Shown here: in pieces, positions 49,229-61,122 of the stretch
Layout: every line of letters begins with the position of its first letter
Numbering within the stretch: position 1 is the first letter of the stretch
Source: a virus
Reading direction: 5' to 3' (one strand)
Virus record (IMG/VR): IMGVR_UViG_3300033156_000272
Span: 23,094 to 87,093 of that record
Length of the DNA stretch: 64,000 bases
The notes under the pieces: model-generated
Told to the model about the DNA's origin: nothing
The model's input: only the letters and a program-made list of their open reading frames with translations
Database searches by the model: none
Position numbers and translations under genes: made by a program

Positions 49229-49720
49229 CTAGCGTTCCCAAGGGAATACGAGTCGTTTATCTATAGTGTGTCCATATCCTGCTATGGCGAATGTGCTCGA
49301 CAATCCTTGCGGAACATTAATTGCATCAGCACAAAAGCCCACGAATATGTGTACGTCACAAGGCAATATTCCTGCCATCCTACATATCATATCGAGCGTT
49401 TTTCCAGTCTCGCATATGTCGTCAATTAGGATGTCTCCTTTCTGTACAGGGCCACTAACTTTCAATGGAATGCCTGTAAGGTGCGAGAGCTTTACTCCCA
49501 AGATCAGGCCTCCTCGCGGAATTCCATAGAGAGAACCAATACTGCCTCCTCCTTTCATTACTTCTATGGCACGGGCAATCTCCTTGCATATTTCATCTAT
49601 TAACTCCCATGACACATAATATGCTTCTTCATATACTGTTATGTCAGGAGGTTTCACAACAAGATGAGAGTGGAGATCGTCTATTTCAACTTCCTCAATG
49701 TCTCTGGATATTAGTACCAT
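49229..49720 (-). CDS. Type I phosphoribosyltransferase (purine PRT-like)
   Basis: 'YGIPRGGLILG', 'ILIDDICETGKTL', 'VFPWE'. Confidence 0.9.
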   Translation of the reverse strand: MVLISRDIEEVEIDDLHSHLVVKPPDITVYEEAYYVSWELIDEICKEIARAIEVMKGGGSIGSLYGIPRGGLILGVKLSHLTGIPLKVSGPVQKGDILIDDICETGKTLDMICRMAGILPCDVHIFVGFCADAINVPQGLSSTFAIAGYGHTIDKRLVFPWER

Positions 49721-50094
49721 CAGCTCACCTTCCTAATTAACCTCACTTTCTCGAACATTTCAACACCATCCATAATCGATGTCGATATAGACATTATATC
49801 ATCTGATATAACAGTAACGCCATATCTATTGATCACATGATACGCGTGTAGACGTGCATTATTTATCTTCCCTTTACATTCTACCTCCCATATCTCTACA
49901 GATGGATCAATTATGCAACTACCTCTTGCAATATCAATATCATTATACACTAGTAAATGATATCCTAGTCTTGCTGCTACTGGATGTGCTTTAACCCACT
50001 TATTGGGCTTATATCTCACACATAAAGTCGGGTGATCCATCACACTAGAGAAGAGCTCTCCGTTCTGGTTCACCACTACCTTGTAGAATGTCGT

Positions 50095-50442
50095 TCATAT
50101 CACCTCGAACACTCCTTCAGGGTGTTGATTCGCCCATTTCAGTAGTAAATTGAGTGCATATCCAGCATTTCCAGGAGTAGGTGACCAATAGTCACCAGAT
50201 CTGGCTACTCCGAATTCTGCAATAGCTTTTTCTAGAGCAGCAATGCAATGTTTTGCCTTCTTGCCATCTAGCCACAGCAATCCGTCATCGTGGAGAAACC
50301 GCATGTAAAACCACGAGTAGTTGTATGTTATATTAAGGCTTGCTTCTATGGTACCGCCTACAACATAATTACCGCCTTCGCTGTGCTTCTCGACCTGTAG
50401 TGTGTTGCCATCCAAGTCAATAAGTCGTACATCAAAGCTCAT
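50095..50442 (-). CDS. Conserved viral hypothetical protein
   Basis: 'LNITYNYS', 'DYWSPTPGNA...L..WA.QHPEGVF'. Confidence 0.7.
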   Translation of the reverse strand: MSFDVRLIDLDGNTLQVEKHSEGGNYVVGGTIEASLNITYNYSWFYMRFLHDDGLLWLDGKKAKHCIAALEKAIAEFGVARSGDYWSPTPGNAGYALNLLLKWANQHPEGVFEVI

Positions 50443-50446
50443 TGTT

Positions 50447-50665
50447 TCACCTCCGTATAAATATCACGCGCAATCGCTCGTTGTAGTTATTGGGGTTCTG
50501 CATGATCTTTTTGTGTATCTGACTCCTTATTCGCCGCACGACATTTCTCGCATCTCGAGTACTCGTTTCGAGGTGCTCGCCGAGCTCAACATATGTGTAC
50601 CCGAGCTCAGGGTCGGCTTTCAACAGTTCCAATATTTTCGTTTCTTTGTCTTCTATTTTCATCAA
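50447..50665 (-). CDS. Small HTH protein
   Basis: 'ILELL.....YTYVELGEHLETSTRDARNVVRRIR'. Confidence 0.7.
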   Translation of the reverse strand: MMKIEDKETKILELLKADPELGYTYVELGEHLETSTRDARNVVRRIRSQIHKKIMQNPNNYNERLRVIFIRR

Positions 50666-51211
50666 GATTTCCTCCTAGGCTTATTACCTGCTTCCGAAGA
50701 GCGAGGATTTCTGTCAATTTGAATTTGTTATCATGTGCTAGCATTTCTATATCGTGACAACTCATACACTGGTGAAGATTTGCTTCCACTCGACAAGGGA
50801 GTATTATCCATCTTCCACAGTCTATACACTTAGTTAGAAGTGTCATCTTTCTCCTCCAGCTCTCCCACTTTGTCGTCGAAGATATACATTCCATGAATAG
50901 GGCATCCTTTCACCCACGGTCCTGTATGCGTAATACGTATTTCTTTACCAAGTAGAGTACGTACCTTGTCATGATCTCCTGCTGATCTGTGGTGATTGGT
51001 CAGCTTTCTTCCACATCTTTTGCCATCAGTGTTGATCGTTCGCTGACAATATTCTTCTTGCATCTTAAGCGCATCTTTCATCTTTCTTCGTCGTGCCATT
51101 ATATTTCCTCCTGTTGAATGTTGAATGTAACCCATAGATGTATGGTGTGCACATATGGTAGTATGATCTTTGCTATCATAATTTCATTATCTCCATATAG
51201 TAATAGATTTA

Positions 51212-51237
51212 ATAGTATATATAGTTTTTGGTTTTAC
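51212..51237 (-). promoter_or_regulatory. Promoter repeat CAAAAACTATATATACTAT (copy 2)
   Basis: Identical 19-mer; intergenic. Confidence 0.75.
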
Positions 51238-51493
51238 ACTAGTCGCCCATCCCTAAGGGAAATGTACTATTTGTCATGTGTAAGTTGGTACTTGAGTCGT
51301 TCAATCATAGTTTCACACTCTCCTCTGAGTTGTCTGATATCATCAACAACATTCTCTATGTCTTCTTCATCTCCCTCTAGGGATAATTTCCCTTTATGTA
51401 CCCATTCAGTATCTACCATATTGGTGACACATATATCCTCAATAGCGTGTTCCATTTCAAAGCTCTGGTCGTTGGTGTCTATTTCTATTCGCA

Positions 51494-51688
51494 TCATTTC
51501 ATCTCCTTTATTCTGCTTATCAGAGGGACACGAATATCTGTATAACATCCTCCTGTTAAGATTGTTATCTTCCCTGTCTGTACAGCAAGCAAGTTGCCAC
51601 TAGTGCGTTCTCCATCTCCCCAGAATACTACTACGTTTCTGTTTATCAGGTGGAGCATCTGTTGCGCCGTTACATTATTATGAACCAT
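51494..51688 (-). CDS. Possible Sm/Hfq-like fold protein
   Basis: 64 aa; 'LHLINRNVVVFWGDGERTSGNLLAV....I.I......I....ISRI'. Confidence 0.4.
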   Translation of the reverse strand: MVHNNVTAQQMLHLINRNVVVFWGDGERTSGNLLAVQTGKITILTGGCYTDIRVPLISRIKEMK

Positions 51689-53822
51689 TACTATTCCCCT
51701 CCTCTAGTAGTAAGAGAGCCTCATCAAAGGCGTTTAACTTCTCTTCTTTGGCGATGATGTTCAACTTTCCCACTTCTACTATCTCATTCCATACTTCTTT
51801 AGGGATCGCAACTGTAATACTATTTCGGGAGGCTGTAAAGTTTGCCTTCCTGATCTCTAAGTATACATTCTCTCCGTCGAAACACTCCTCATAGAAGTGA
51901 TAGGGATGTTTTTCCTCTGGACTTCTGTGCTTAATTGAACATTTGGTGCTCATCATATCACTCCTTTATTCTACCTTCTTCCAATACTTGTGTGTGCCTT
52001 CCCCTTCTGTCAATATGCTAAGAGTGTATTCACCAGAGATGGCATTCATTCCTACAGCATCAATATGCACGCTAAAACCCATACTCCTAAGTACTGTCTC
52101 TAGGGTGCTTTGGTCATCTTCACAACATTTCAGTCGTATGTACTTGTCCATATTCATTTCGGATTCCTCCGTTAGCGAGAATGTAGTACAGTACCCCGGG
52201 AAACATGAAAACCAGGACACTCCTCTGTACTATCATTCTTTTCGCCTAAAGGCGAAATTAGGGTGACGCCTGCGCGTTCCGCGACTTACCTAATATCTTG
52301 GGTCTTTGTGCCATGATCCTCCTGGGATGCAAAACGCGGCCGGTATTTTGCTACTTGCATCGAACACATTTACTGGGCCCCATATGTGAGGTTCTGCGCC
52401 GAGTATCTCCACAATTGCCGCCCTTGCCTCTCTTTCGTTGTATGCAATTGCAATTGCTAGACCGTCGCCGGAGTTCGGGCAGAATTCCTCCCACACAAAT
52501 ACTTTGAGCTTCTTTTCACAGGTATCGCCCTTTGAGCTATGAGCTAGCGGGCAAGTGTTTGGTTTGTCGTAGATTTGCTTTAATCCGTTCATGTTTATCA
52601 GTCCTGTTTTTGTGTTTTGGTGGAGGAAGACAGAGTTGAACTGTCATTCCTGCAAATATGTTGGGAAGGGGGTTGAAATGCCCAGGCACTAAGCCTTGCT
52701 CACCGGTCATCGCTGAAACCATTCAGCTGTTATTTTATACCAGTTGCTCGTGGGTATATCTTTGAAGTGGATTTCTCCGGTTCCTTCTTCAAAGTAGACA
52801 TGCGATGGTGTTAGATCTTGGTGCTCGAGCAGTCTTACCACGGCACTGAGAAGGTTTTCCACATTTGTTGTCATTCATTCACTACTCCCATATCATTGTT
52901 GTATTTCTTTTCGGGCAGCCTGGCAGGAACTTGTATGCATTGTGTATCCTATTGTCGGGCTCTCTGATTATTCTGCACGTTACTCCAGTATATGCTGTGT
53001 TGTGCTGATATGAGATGAACGGGCAGTCTATGCATCCTTTTACTGTAGTAGTTTCCATGTGTTTATTCTCCTTCCATGTATGCTTCGAACATCCGATCTA
53101 CTTTGCCGCTGAATGATCCGTTGTCGCTGTACAGAGAGTCCACGCTAACTCCACCAGAATCAATCTCTTCACTTATGATGTCCAGTATTGTATCGATCTC
53201 TTGTGCAGGGAAGTCGTCTGTGAAATAGTCGCATGCGTAGTCCCAGTCGCGACCGATCATCCAGCCTTCAAATAGTTCGTCTATCTTCTGTTTGACTCCT
53301 GCATAGTTTTCATAGATGTCCTCGTACCAGTCGATCTCTTCTTCTTGTAGCAATATCATGAGTGCTTCTTTAATGCTTCCACTGTCGTCCTCCCAGAATT
53401 TATCCCATGCTTCGTCTTCTGGTCGGTTTCCCGGTATGTCGCACTCTCTGCATCCTGGTGGGAGATTCCCTCTACTCGGTGGTAGATCGCTCATGATGGT
53501 ACCCTCCTGCAGAGACTAGGTATGCAATGCCACTACATACACAGCCCAATATTGGATCTCCTCTGAGTGCGGTGATGATACCAGCACCCACCATCATGAA
53601 TACTATTGCTGTGTCCATCAGTATAAGTGTTTTGACCCTGTTCATTGTTCCATCTCCGTTGTTTCTCTGTCAGGGGCGTTTTTTGGCACCTTTCTGAGTG
53701 CGCGGTTTTGCTTGTTTATGTGATGAGGGTGTCGGTGCTTCTTGCTGTGCTTTGCGTCTGTTACTCCCATGTTCACGAACGTTCGCCTGGCGTATTTGTC
53801 TATCGGCCTTCCTTCGTCGAAT

Positions 53823-54326
53823 CTATCCTTTATTCTCTTCGGTAGTCTGTTCATTAGATTTCACCTGTCCTGTCTTGTCGAGTACAACGATGTATGGCAT
53901 TCCTCCTGGGAAGATGTTCCACATCTCTCGTGGCATAAGGAACTTGCATAGACCGAGCCCGATTCCCATTATGAAGAGTCCTTCCATCATATATTGCATT
54001 CCTGTCCACTGTGTTCCGTCTTTCCTGTTACAGGCATTTAAGAAGGACCATCCTCCGCCACCCGACTCCGTGAATTCAGTCGGTAGTTGCATGAGCATAC
54101 TTCTTATTTCTTCTCTATGAGATTCGAGTCGTTCTCTGTTGAAGCTAAAGCTTGCCATTATTCCCTGAACATGGTTGCAGGCGTCTGATTTTATCATTTC
54201 TTCGTCAGTCATTCCTTCGTTTTCGTCTTTGTCGAACAAACAGTCCGTTATTATGCTATTCACGTTGTTGCTTGTCAATTCCATCATGCATTCCTCCCTT
54301 GTCTTGTCATGTCCCAGTGGTCGCAT
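53823..54326 (-). CDS. Conserved viral hypothetical protein
   Basis: 'GGGWSFLNAC..KDG.QWTG', 'PGGMPY'. Confidence 0.7.
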   Translation of the reverse strand: MRPLGHDKTREECMMELTSNNVNSIITDCLFDKDENEGMTDEEMIKSDACNHVQGIMASFSFNRERLESHREEIRSMLMQLPTEFTESGGGGWSFLNACNRKDGTQWTGMQYMMEGLFIMGIGLGLCKFLMPREMWNIFPGGMPYIVVLDKTGQVKSNEQTTEENKG

Positions 54327-54694
54327 CCGGGCCAGCTGTCTTCGTTCCAGAACGACTCACACCATCGAATTGCTTGTAGTCTGGTCATGTTTTCGCGTGC
54401 TTCAATGTATGTTACGAATGCTTCGAATGCATCTAGGGTGTCGATGTCGCCGTCGAATTCGTCCTCGAAGTCGTTGAATAGGTTGTCTATGCATTCGTCG
54501 ATGTGCGGCTCGTTGTACATACTTTCCTGGTCTCTTACGTGGTATTGTGCGCCAAGTCTTTCGGAGTATGTTTCTGTGCTATCGTCATCTGGTGTGTAGC
54601 AGTAGGATAATCCTCCTTTCAGTCTGATCGATATCACTCCTTGGCTGTCTATGTGGAAGTGGGTTATTGGCGGTCGTTTCTTATTTATTGCCTT

Positions 54695-54743
54695 TTCTCT
54701 ATCTGTTCTTTCTCTATCTGTTCTTTCTCTATCTGTTCTTTCT
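54695..54743. repeat. 3 x 15-nt perfect in-frame repeat (ERTDR)
   Basis: TTCTCTATCTGTTCT three times at the N-terminus of ORF 54284-54751. Confidence 0.95.
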
Positions 54744-55717
54744 GTTTTCATGTCCGTCTCCTCCCTTTGTATTTTTGGGGCTTGTTGCTTTCTTTCGGTG
54801 GTATTGATGTTATGTTTCTGATTGCCACCTTTCCTTGTTTCATTAATAATTCTTCCTGTATGCGCTTGTTCACGCCGGTCTGCTTCGGTATGCTCTTGTA
54901 GTTGAGTACTGTTTCGTCTTTTATTGACAGTTTCTTCCTGAGCTTCTTGAACCAGAATTCGTTTTCAAATGTTATCGATACGAGCAGTATATCCATATAC
55001 TGCATTGCCATGTTGTGCAATTTTATGGGGGACATTGTTGTTGTCTCTGGGTGTGATTTCACGCGGTTGTATGCATGCGATAGTGTGTCATATGCCGATG
55101 ATAGATCGGCTATAGTGTCCTTCCCTCCCATCCTAGGATCATCGCGGATATGTTTCAGCGTTGCTATGTATGCATCGTCGTACGACATTCGCATTGATAG
55201 ACTTACTATGCAAGCCGCTTTTTGTGTTCTCCCGATGTGTCTCCTGTAATGCTTGTGACAGTAGCTCATAGGTGTACCTCCTTCAGTAGTGTTACTTGTT
55301 TGTACATTGATGTGCCGGATGGCCACTGTCCCATGTGTTGTGCGTCCAGCCCGTCCTCTGAAACCCAGCGCCAATCGAGCATTTGAGGGAGTGTTACTTT
55401 GTCCTTGCATGCGACCAAGAACAATGTGTCGTGGAACGCTGTATAGTTACCTGCCCATTTGCGTATGTCCCCCTTCGTGTCGAACACACATATGTGATAT
55501 CCTGCTTTTGCATATTGTCGCTTTGCGCGAGTGGGCTTACCTTTTGCGTATATTACTCCGGGGAGGTGTCTCTGTCTTCCTAGGTACTCACAGAACGCAA
55601 CGTTTGACACGAGAATCTTGCGTCCTTTGTATTTATACTCCTTCACTATCTTGTAGGCGAGTATTTCGTCATCTTCTATTTCGATAGTGTCGTTGGTGAG
55701 GGGAATCCTTACTACTT

Positions 55718-56197
55718 TCACAATGCCACTCTCCTCTTCCTGGTGCAGTCGGCGCGTGCTGTTGAACTTTCCCACACAGATACAGAAACTGTAACTACTT
55801 GGTCAAACTTGTCTAGTATGCTTTCTGCTATATACTCTGCCAGGTGTTCTGCGGTGATCGTCTCTATGGGTAAATCCTCGACCATCTTTCCCGGAACGAT
55901 TATCTCTCCCCAAGGGTGGTTGATTATTGCAACGCGGTGCTCTTCATATTTTTTATTATTGTTCCACGTTATCAGATCCATCGGTACTAGGAGTTTGTGG
56001 TCCAGCTGGTCTACTATTTCTTTGATGCTTGTGAAGTCGACCAACATCCCGTCGGGTTGCACCTTCCCTGTGAGCTCTAGCTCCACTTTCCATGTGTGGC
56101 CGTGTATATTTCTGCAAGGGGTATTTGTTGTGTGGACAAAGTGTGCTGCATCGAACTTAAGCGTCTTGTGTATCGTCGTCATGATCTTCTCCTCCAT
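55718..56197 (-). CDS. queD: 6-carboxytetrahydropterin synthase
   Basis: 'FDAAH......CRNIHGHTW', 'GMLVDF', 'LDHK', 'TAEHLA', 'VWES'. Confidence 0.95.
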   Translation of the reverse strand: MEEKIMTTIHKTLKFDAAHFVHTTNTPCRNIHGHTWKVELELTGKVQPDGMLVDFTSIKEIVDQLDHKLLVPMDLITWNNNKKYEEHRVAIINHPWGEIIVPGKMVEDLPIETITAEHLAEYIAESILDKFDQVVTVSVSVWESSTARADCTRKRRVAL

Positions 56198-58594
56198 CGA
56201 TCATCTGGCACGTTTGTATTATCTGTCCGACGAGGCGCATCGTTTCCCTGCATCCGGCCTGTACGATATTGTTGGGTATGTCTTCATCTATATCTTCATC
56301 GGACAGAATGTGTTTTGATAGTGACAATAGGGATGAATATTCCATCGCAACTTCGGGGTGTATCCTCAATCTCACTATAACCATCTCGTCGTTGTCATCT
56401 GCTACTTCTAGCTTCTTGAATTCTGCCGTTACGCTCTCATAGGCAGGATTTTTCTTCGCTGCTTCTACGTCAATCAACGCAAGGGGCAGCAGTTTTTCTA
56501 GTTGTTTGTCATTCATGTTTCATTCCTCCATGGTCTTCTTTGCCAGCTCGATGAGTGAAACTGGGACCGGGATGCTAGAGTTTCCATTCAAGACTTTGAA
56601 TGTTTCAATTATATACTGCATCCCGAGTGATATTGCTATGGATTTTATTTCGAGTGCCAGATCCTCGTCGTCTGTTGCTTGTTTGAGGAGTTCCTCTACG
56701 AATGCAACTGTTACTGCTGTGTCTGCGTTCACTGTTAGTGGGGTCACTATCTTTTTGTCCTCGGTTAGTGTGTATTTTTCGATTCTCTGGCGGATCTCAT
56801 TCTGGTGGTCGATGGGTATTTCTTCTTCCCAGCCTGATTTTAGTCCATGCTCCATCACAAGCCTTGCTTCTTCTTCATTCATGTTGTCATCTCCTTATAT
56901 CTTGCTGTGTCCGTGTGGGTGTTTGTTGTCCGTTCCGTGCCTGTGCTTGTGCTTTTTGCAGTAGTAGAAACCTGCGCTACATCTCCATCGGGCAGTCTTC
57001 TTGCAATTGGGCACATCACACTTTGGCCTTTGCTCCGGTATGTTGGGTTCGTATGTTAGTGTCGTACCGTACTGGCCTTTCTCCATTATATGTACCATTT
57101 TTCGTTCTCCTTAATGCTGTTTAAGGGGGTTATTTCTTCCTGCTGTGTACTGCCCACAGTGATATGATTTCTTGATTTCTTATCGTAGTTTCTTGCGAAG
57201 AATCAGGGGTTTCAACCCAGTACTCTTCATGCATTGGGGCCTTTTGTATACCGCTCCTCCTGCGCGGTGAGGTGAAACATGGTTAAGATGTATCCTTGGT
57301 GTTTTCGGTATCTCCCCCTTCCCGGAACAATTGCAGCTGCCTTTCGATGTCTAGTGACTCTGGGTCATGTTGCAATTCTTCATCGTGCTCCGTTATTATT
57401 CGATCCATGGCTATTGGCGATCTTATCCTATCGTCGTATAGTTCACTATAGCAATTGCCACACAGTCCGTGTATCCTTGCCTTTCTATTGCAGTCTGTTA
57501 TACCACATGTTCCGTCTTCGTTATGTGGTATGTTCTCGAATACGTTGCTTCTGTCCACCTTGGAATCTCTTCCAATGTGCACTTTACCATTGCGGGCCAT
57601 GTACTTGCTGCGCTTATGATGGCACTCAGCATTACAGTAGTACCGGTATTGGCCTTTCACATGCCTCCCTGTCGGTATTTCGAATATCTTCCCGCACCAT
57701 CTGCATCTGCCATATCTCCCTTGTGCTTTATGTATGGTCATTATACAACAACTCCCTCCAGTCGATATCTAATAGGTCAAGCAGGTTTATGTAAGCTTCG
57801 TACTCATCTCTTCCTGTGCCCTTGAGAATACTATCAAGATGATACGTGGGTTCGCTGTCTTCTGGTAGCTTCTTCATGACAGTATGGTATATGGTTGCAG
57901 TATGCATGCCACCTGATTTGTCTTTGCTGATGTTATTTCCATAACCCAGTGAACGTGCTCCTTCGCGGAGATGGCGTGCCCAGAAGTCTAGCTGTCTAAC
58001 CCTCACCATACCGCGCTCTGCGCGTACTCTGAGCTTGTCCCATTCATTTCCTGACATATATACTTTGGGATTGTTGTGCATTGTCCATTTGTTGTTGTCA
58101 AATTCTGTAATGTCGCTTATGTGGACTGTGTACAAGCCGCATGACTCATGTACTACGTTTTCTATCATGCATAGTGATGCTCCTATGTCGTCGTCTACTC
58201 GTTCAGCGAACAGTATGTAGTTTCCGGGCTCTATTGGCTTGCCTTCCAGTACCATTACTATTTCTCCCATGCGAGGGCTTGTTTCATGTTTGACTATTGG
58301 ATTATTGATGTCCTTCACTACGATTGAGTTCATTCATTTCACCTTGATCGAGCCAGTTGTTCACCTTTTCTTTGCTTCCCCAGCAGGCCGATGGTGCATT
58401 GTTGTAGAACCATCTTACATATGCGGGGATTATCTGTATGCTTGTAGAGTCTGCTGTTCTGCAGGCTCGTATCAGGTCATTGCAGATAACCCCTGACAGG
58501 AAGTCTCCCACTGGGGTATGGTGTTCTGTGTATCCTTTTATTGATTCCATCATGTGTTCTGGTATTCTGTCTGTGTCTCTTGGGTCGTCCATTG

Positions 58595-58915
58595 TCACAT
58601 TCCTCCATGCATTTGTCTTGCAATTTCTATCATGACTTCGCGTTTCCCGCACATTATGCATCCGCCGAGTAGGAGTCCTGATAGGCCTTCTTTCATGTCC
58701 TCCTTGGTCGATCCCTTTACTGCTTCTACCAGTTCAATGAAGGCGGCTGCAGACTGTTTGTCAATTGCTATCGTGAACTCTACCCTTGCGTTTTCGCCAT
58801 AGTGTCCTTCGACAAGTGCATGTTTTAGCAGTTCCCTGTATACTGGTTGTCTCAGTCCCGGTACCATGTTTCTTCCATACTTTTCCACTATTTTCATTGC
58901 TTCCTGTTCGTTCAT
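58595..58915 (-). CDS. Hypothetical protein, paralog A
   Basis: Aligns with 59264-59584 (QEA.KIV..Y...ELLK..LVEG...AID). Confidence 0.7.
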   Translation of the reverse strand: MNEQEAMKIVEKYGRNMVPGLRQPVYRELLKHALVEGHYGENARVEFTIAIDKQSAAAFIELVEAVKGSTKEDMKEGLSGLLLGGCIMCGKREVMIEIARQMHGGM

Positions 58916-59263
58916 ATATGTTCCACCTCTTTCATTCTATCTGATATCTCCTTGAGTTTCTCTTGCTTTTCCATGTATCATTCTTCTTAGATGATCCTTG
59001 AAAGTCGGTTGAAGAAGTTGTGTGCGTCGATCAGACTGCTGTTGTATATTTGCGTGTGCGTTGATCCGTCACGGGTTGATTCTCCTATCACTGGCAGATC
59101 TAGGTCGCACCAATAGCCGAGTGCTTCGCGTAGTAGCATTTCCAGTTTGTGCTCGGTCCTCAATCCTTCGGCTAAGTCTTCTGGATCTGCTGCGTCTCGG
59201 TCTCTGTGTATCATTTCTGATATTTCTTCGTCGAGCAGTTCTAGTGCGTTCTTGTTTAGCATA

Positions 59264-59584
59264 CTACATTCCTCCTTTTATTGCTGCTATTATTATTTCT
59301 TTGGCAACGCGGTTACATCCAGCCTGTATGCAACTGCTCAGTATCGTTCCTGTTAGGTCTTCCGGTATGTCTACCAGCATTGGTTTTGTGGCTTCGATCA
59401 GGCCTAGCAGTAAAGCTATAGATGGTTGGTCTATTGCTACCGTGATCTCAACGTCCGGCTCGTCTGGCACACTCCCTTCTACTAGTGGGAGCTTCATCAG
59501 TTCTTCGACCACATTGTCATGCATTCCTGTCATTATGTGTTCGTGGTATGTTCTTACTATCTTCGATGCTTCTTGTCTGTTCAT
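59264..59584 (-). CDS. Hypothetical protein, paralog B
   Basis: Aligns with 58595-58915. Confidence 0.7.
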   Translation of the reverse strand: MNRQEASKIVRTYHEHIMTGMHDNVVEELMKLPLVEGSVPDEPDVEITVAIDQPSIALLLGLIEATKPMLVDIPEDLTGTILSSCIQAGCNRVAKEIIIAAIKGGM

Positions 59585-61122
59585 GTTTCATTCCTCGATT
59601 GGGGGGTTATTTCTTCCTGTGTTGTGTTTCTCATTGTTAGAATTTTTGCAGAAGTGCACATTTTGTTTACCAGCTGCACCCCTATGGTTTCAATCTCGTC
59701 ATTTAGTGCGAATGTCTCTCCGTATAGGTCTTTTGTGCGTTCTATATTGACCCTTGTGGTTTCTGATATGTCAATCAACTCACTCTTGCTGAGTCTTGTG
59801 TCTCCAGAGGTCATCCTTCTGAATATTCTTGCTTCATATATTAGGTTGAGTGTTTGTATTTCGTTGTTTGTGTATTGCATATTTATCATCCCATCTTGTT
59901 TATCTGGCAGAGATGCTCTACTGCGCGGCTGAATACTGGTTGTCCGTCGAGGAGTTCGTCAATGAGTTCTATCATGACGTCTCTGGCGATCGTGGTGTCA
60001 GCGGGCTTATTGTAGTGCCGCACTACTACTTTCAGGTCGAGGTCGTATTCTGCTAGTGCCTCTGTGATGTCGTCTATCAGCATTATGTTGTTGCCGTCGT
60101 CATCCACCCAGAAGTTGTCTCCGTGTTCCATTAGTGCTTTTCGTATTGTTTCCATGTCGTTGTCGTTCATGTACTATCCTCCCTCGATATTCTGTAGGTC
60201 AATAGATTCATATGCAAATGTATCTGTATGTCTTCCTACTACCTGGTCGTACATCCTAACCAGTCTGAAAGCCTCGTCGTTAAACCTGAACGATATCTTC
60301 CATACTGTTCGATCTGTGTCATTTGCATAACGTAGTGCTTCTGCAAACGTATCGAAGAACCTGAGTTCTCCTTCTTGGTTTCTTGTCTGAAATTCTTCTG
60401 CCATTACTTATTCCTCCTTGAGCATTATAAAATCAGGATGACGTTCTCCTAGTACTACTTCGAGTGCGTCAATGTATCTTCCCGCTGACATAGTTTCTTC
60501 AACTTTGTCGCATACCCACTCTTTGTGTTTGAATATTCTCCATCTGGGTGGCCTGTGTCCGCCGTTTATTATATCCTCAAAGTGTTTATTAGCTGCTTTG
60601 AGTTCTTTTCGTATGTTCTCTTCACTTATCATGAGTTATTCCTCCTTCTTAACGAGTGATATTCTTAGCTGTACAGAGGCCTCATATACTGTTTCGAGGT
60701 CATCCTTGATCCATTCTTTAGCGCCAGTCTTGGCTACCAGCTCGGCGGCCAATTTGTTGTCCACTGTACACATTTCCACATAAGGTACCGAATGTAACTG
60801 ATGATATCTGCGTAGAACACATATACATACATCCTCGAAGCTCAGTTCTATTGCATCTTCGTCAACCGGTTTTGGATCGCTTTCTTTTTCCATGTTGATC
60901 ACTCCTCCACTTCTTTTCTTCTTGCTGGCTGTTAATTCTCTTGTTTCATCATCCATGAGTTATTCCTCCAGTATACTGAGTAATTCATCTATATCCTCTA
61001 TACCTGCATCTCTCAATCTATTCTTTGCGTCGTTTGCAAATGACAGGGCGTACTTCATTGCAATATTCATGTTTTATTCCTCCTTGAGTATTATGTTGCT
61101 GTTTACTTGTTTCGTACTACAC

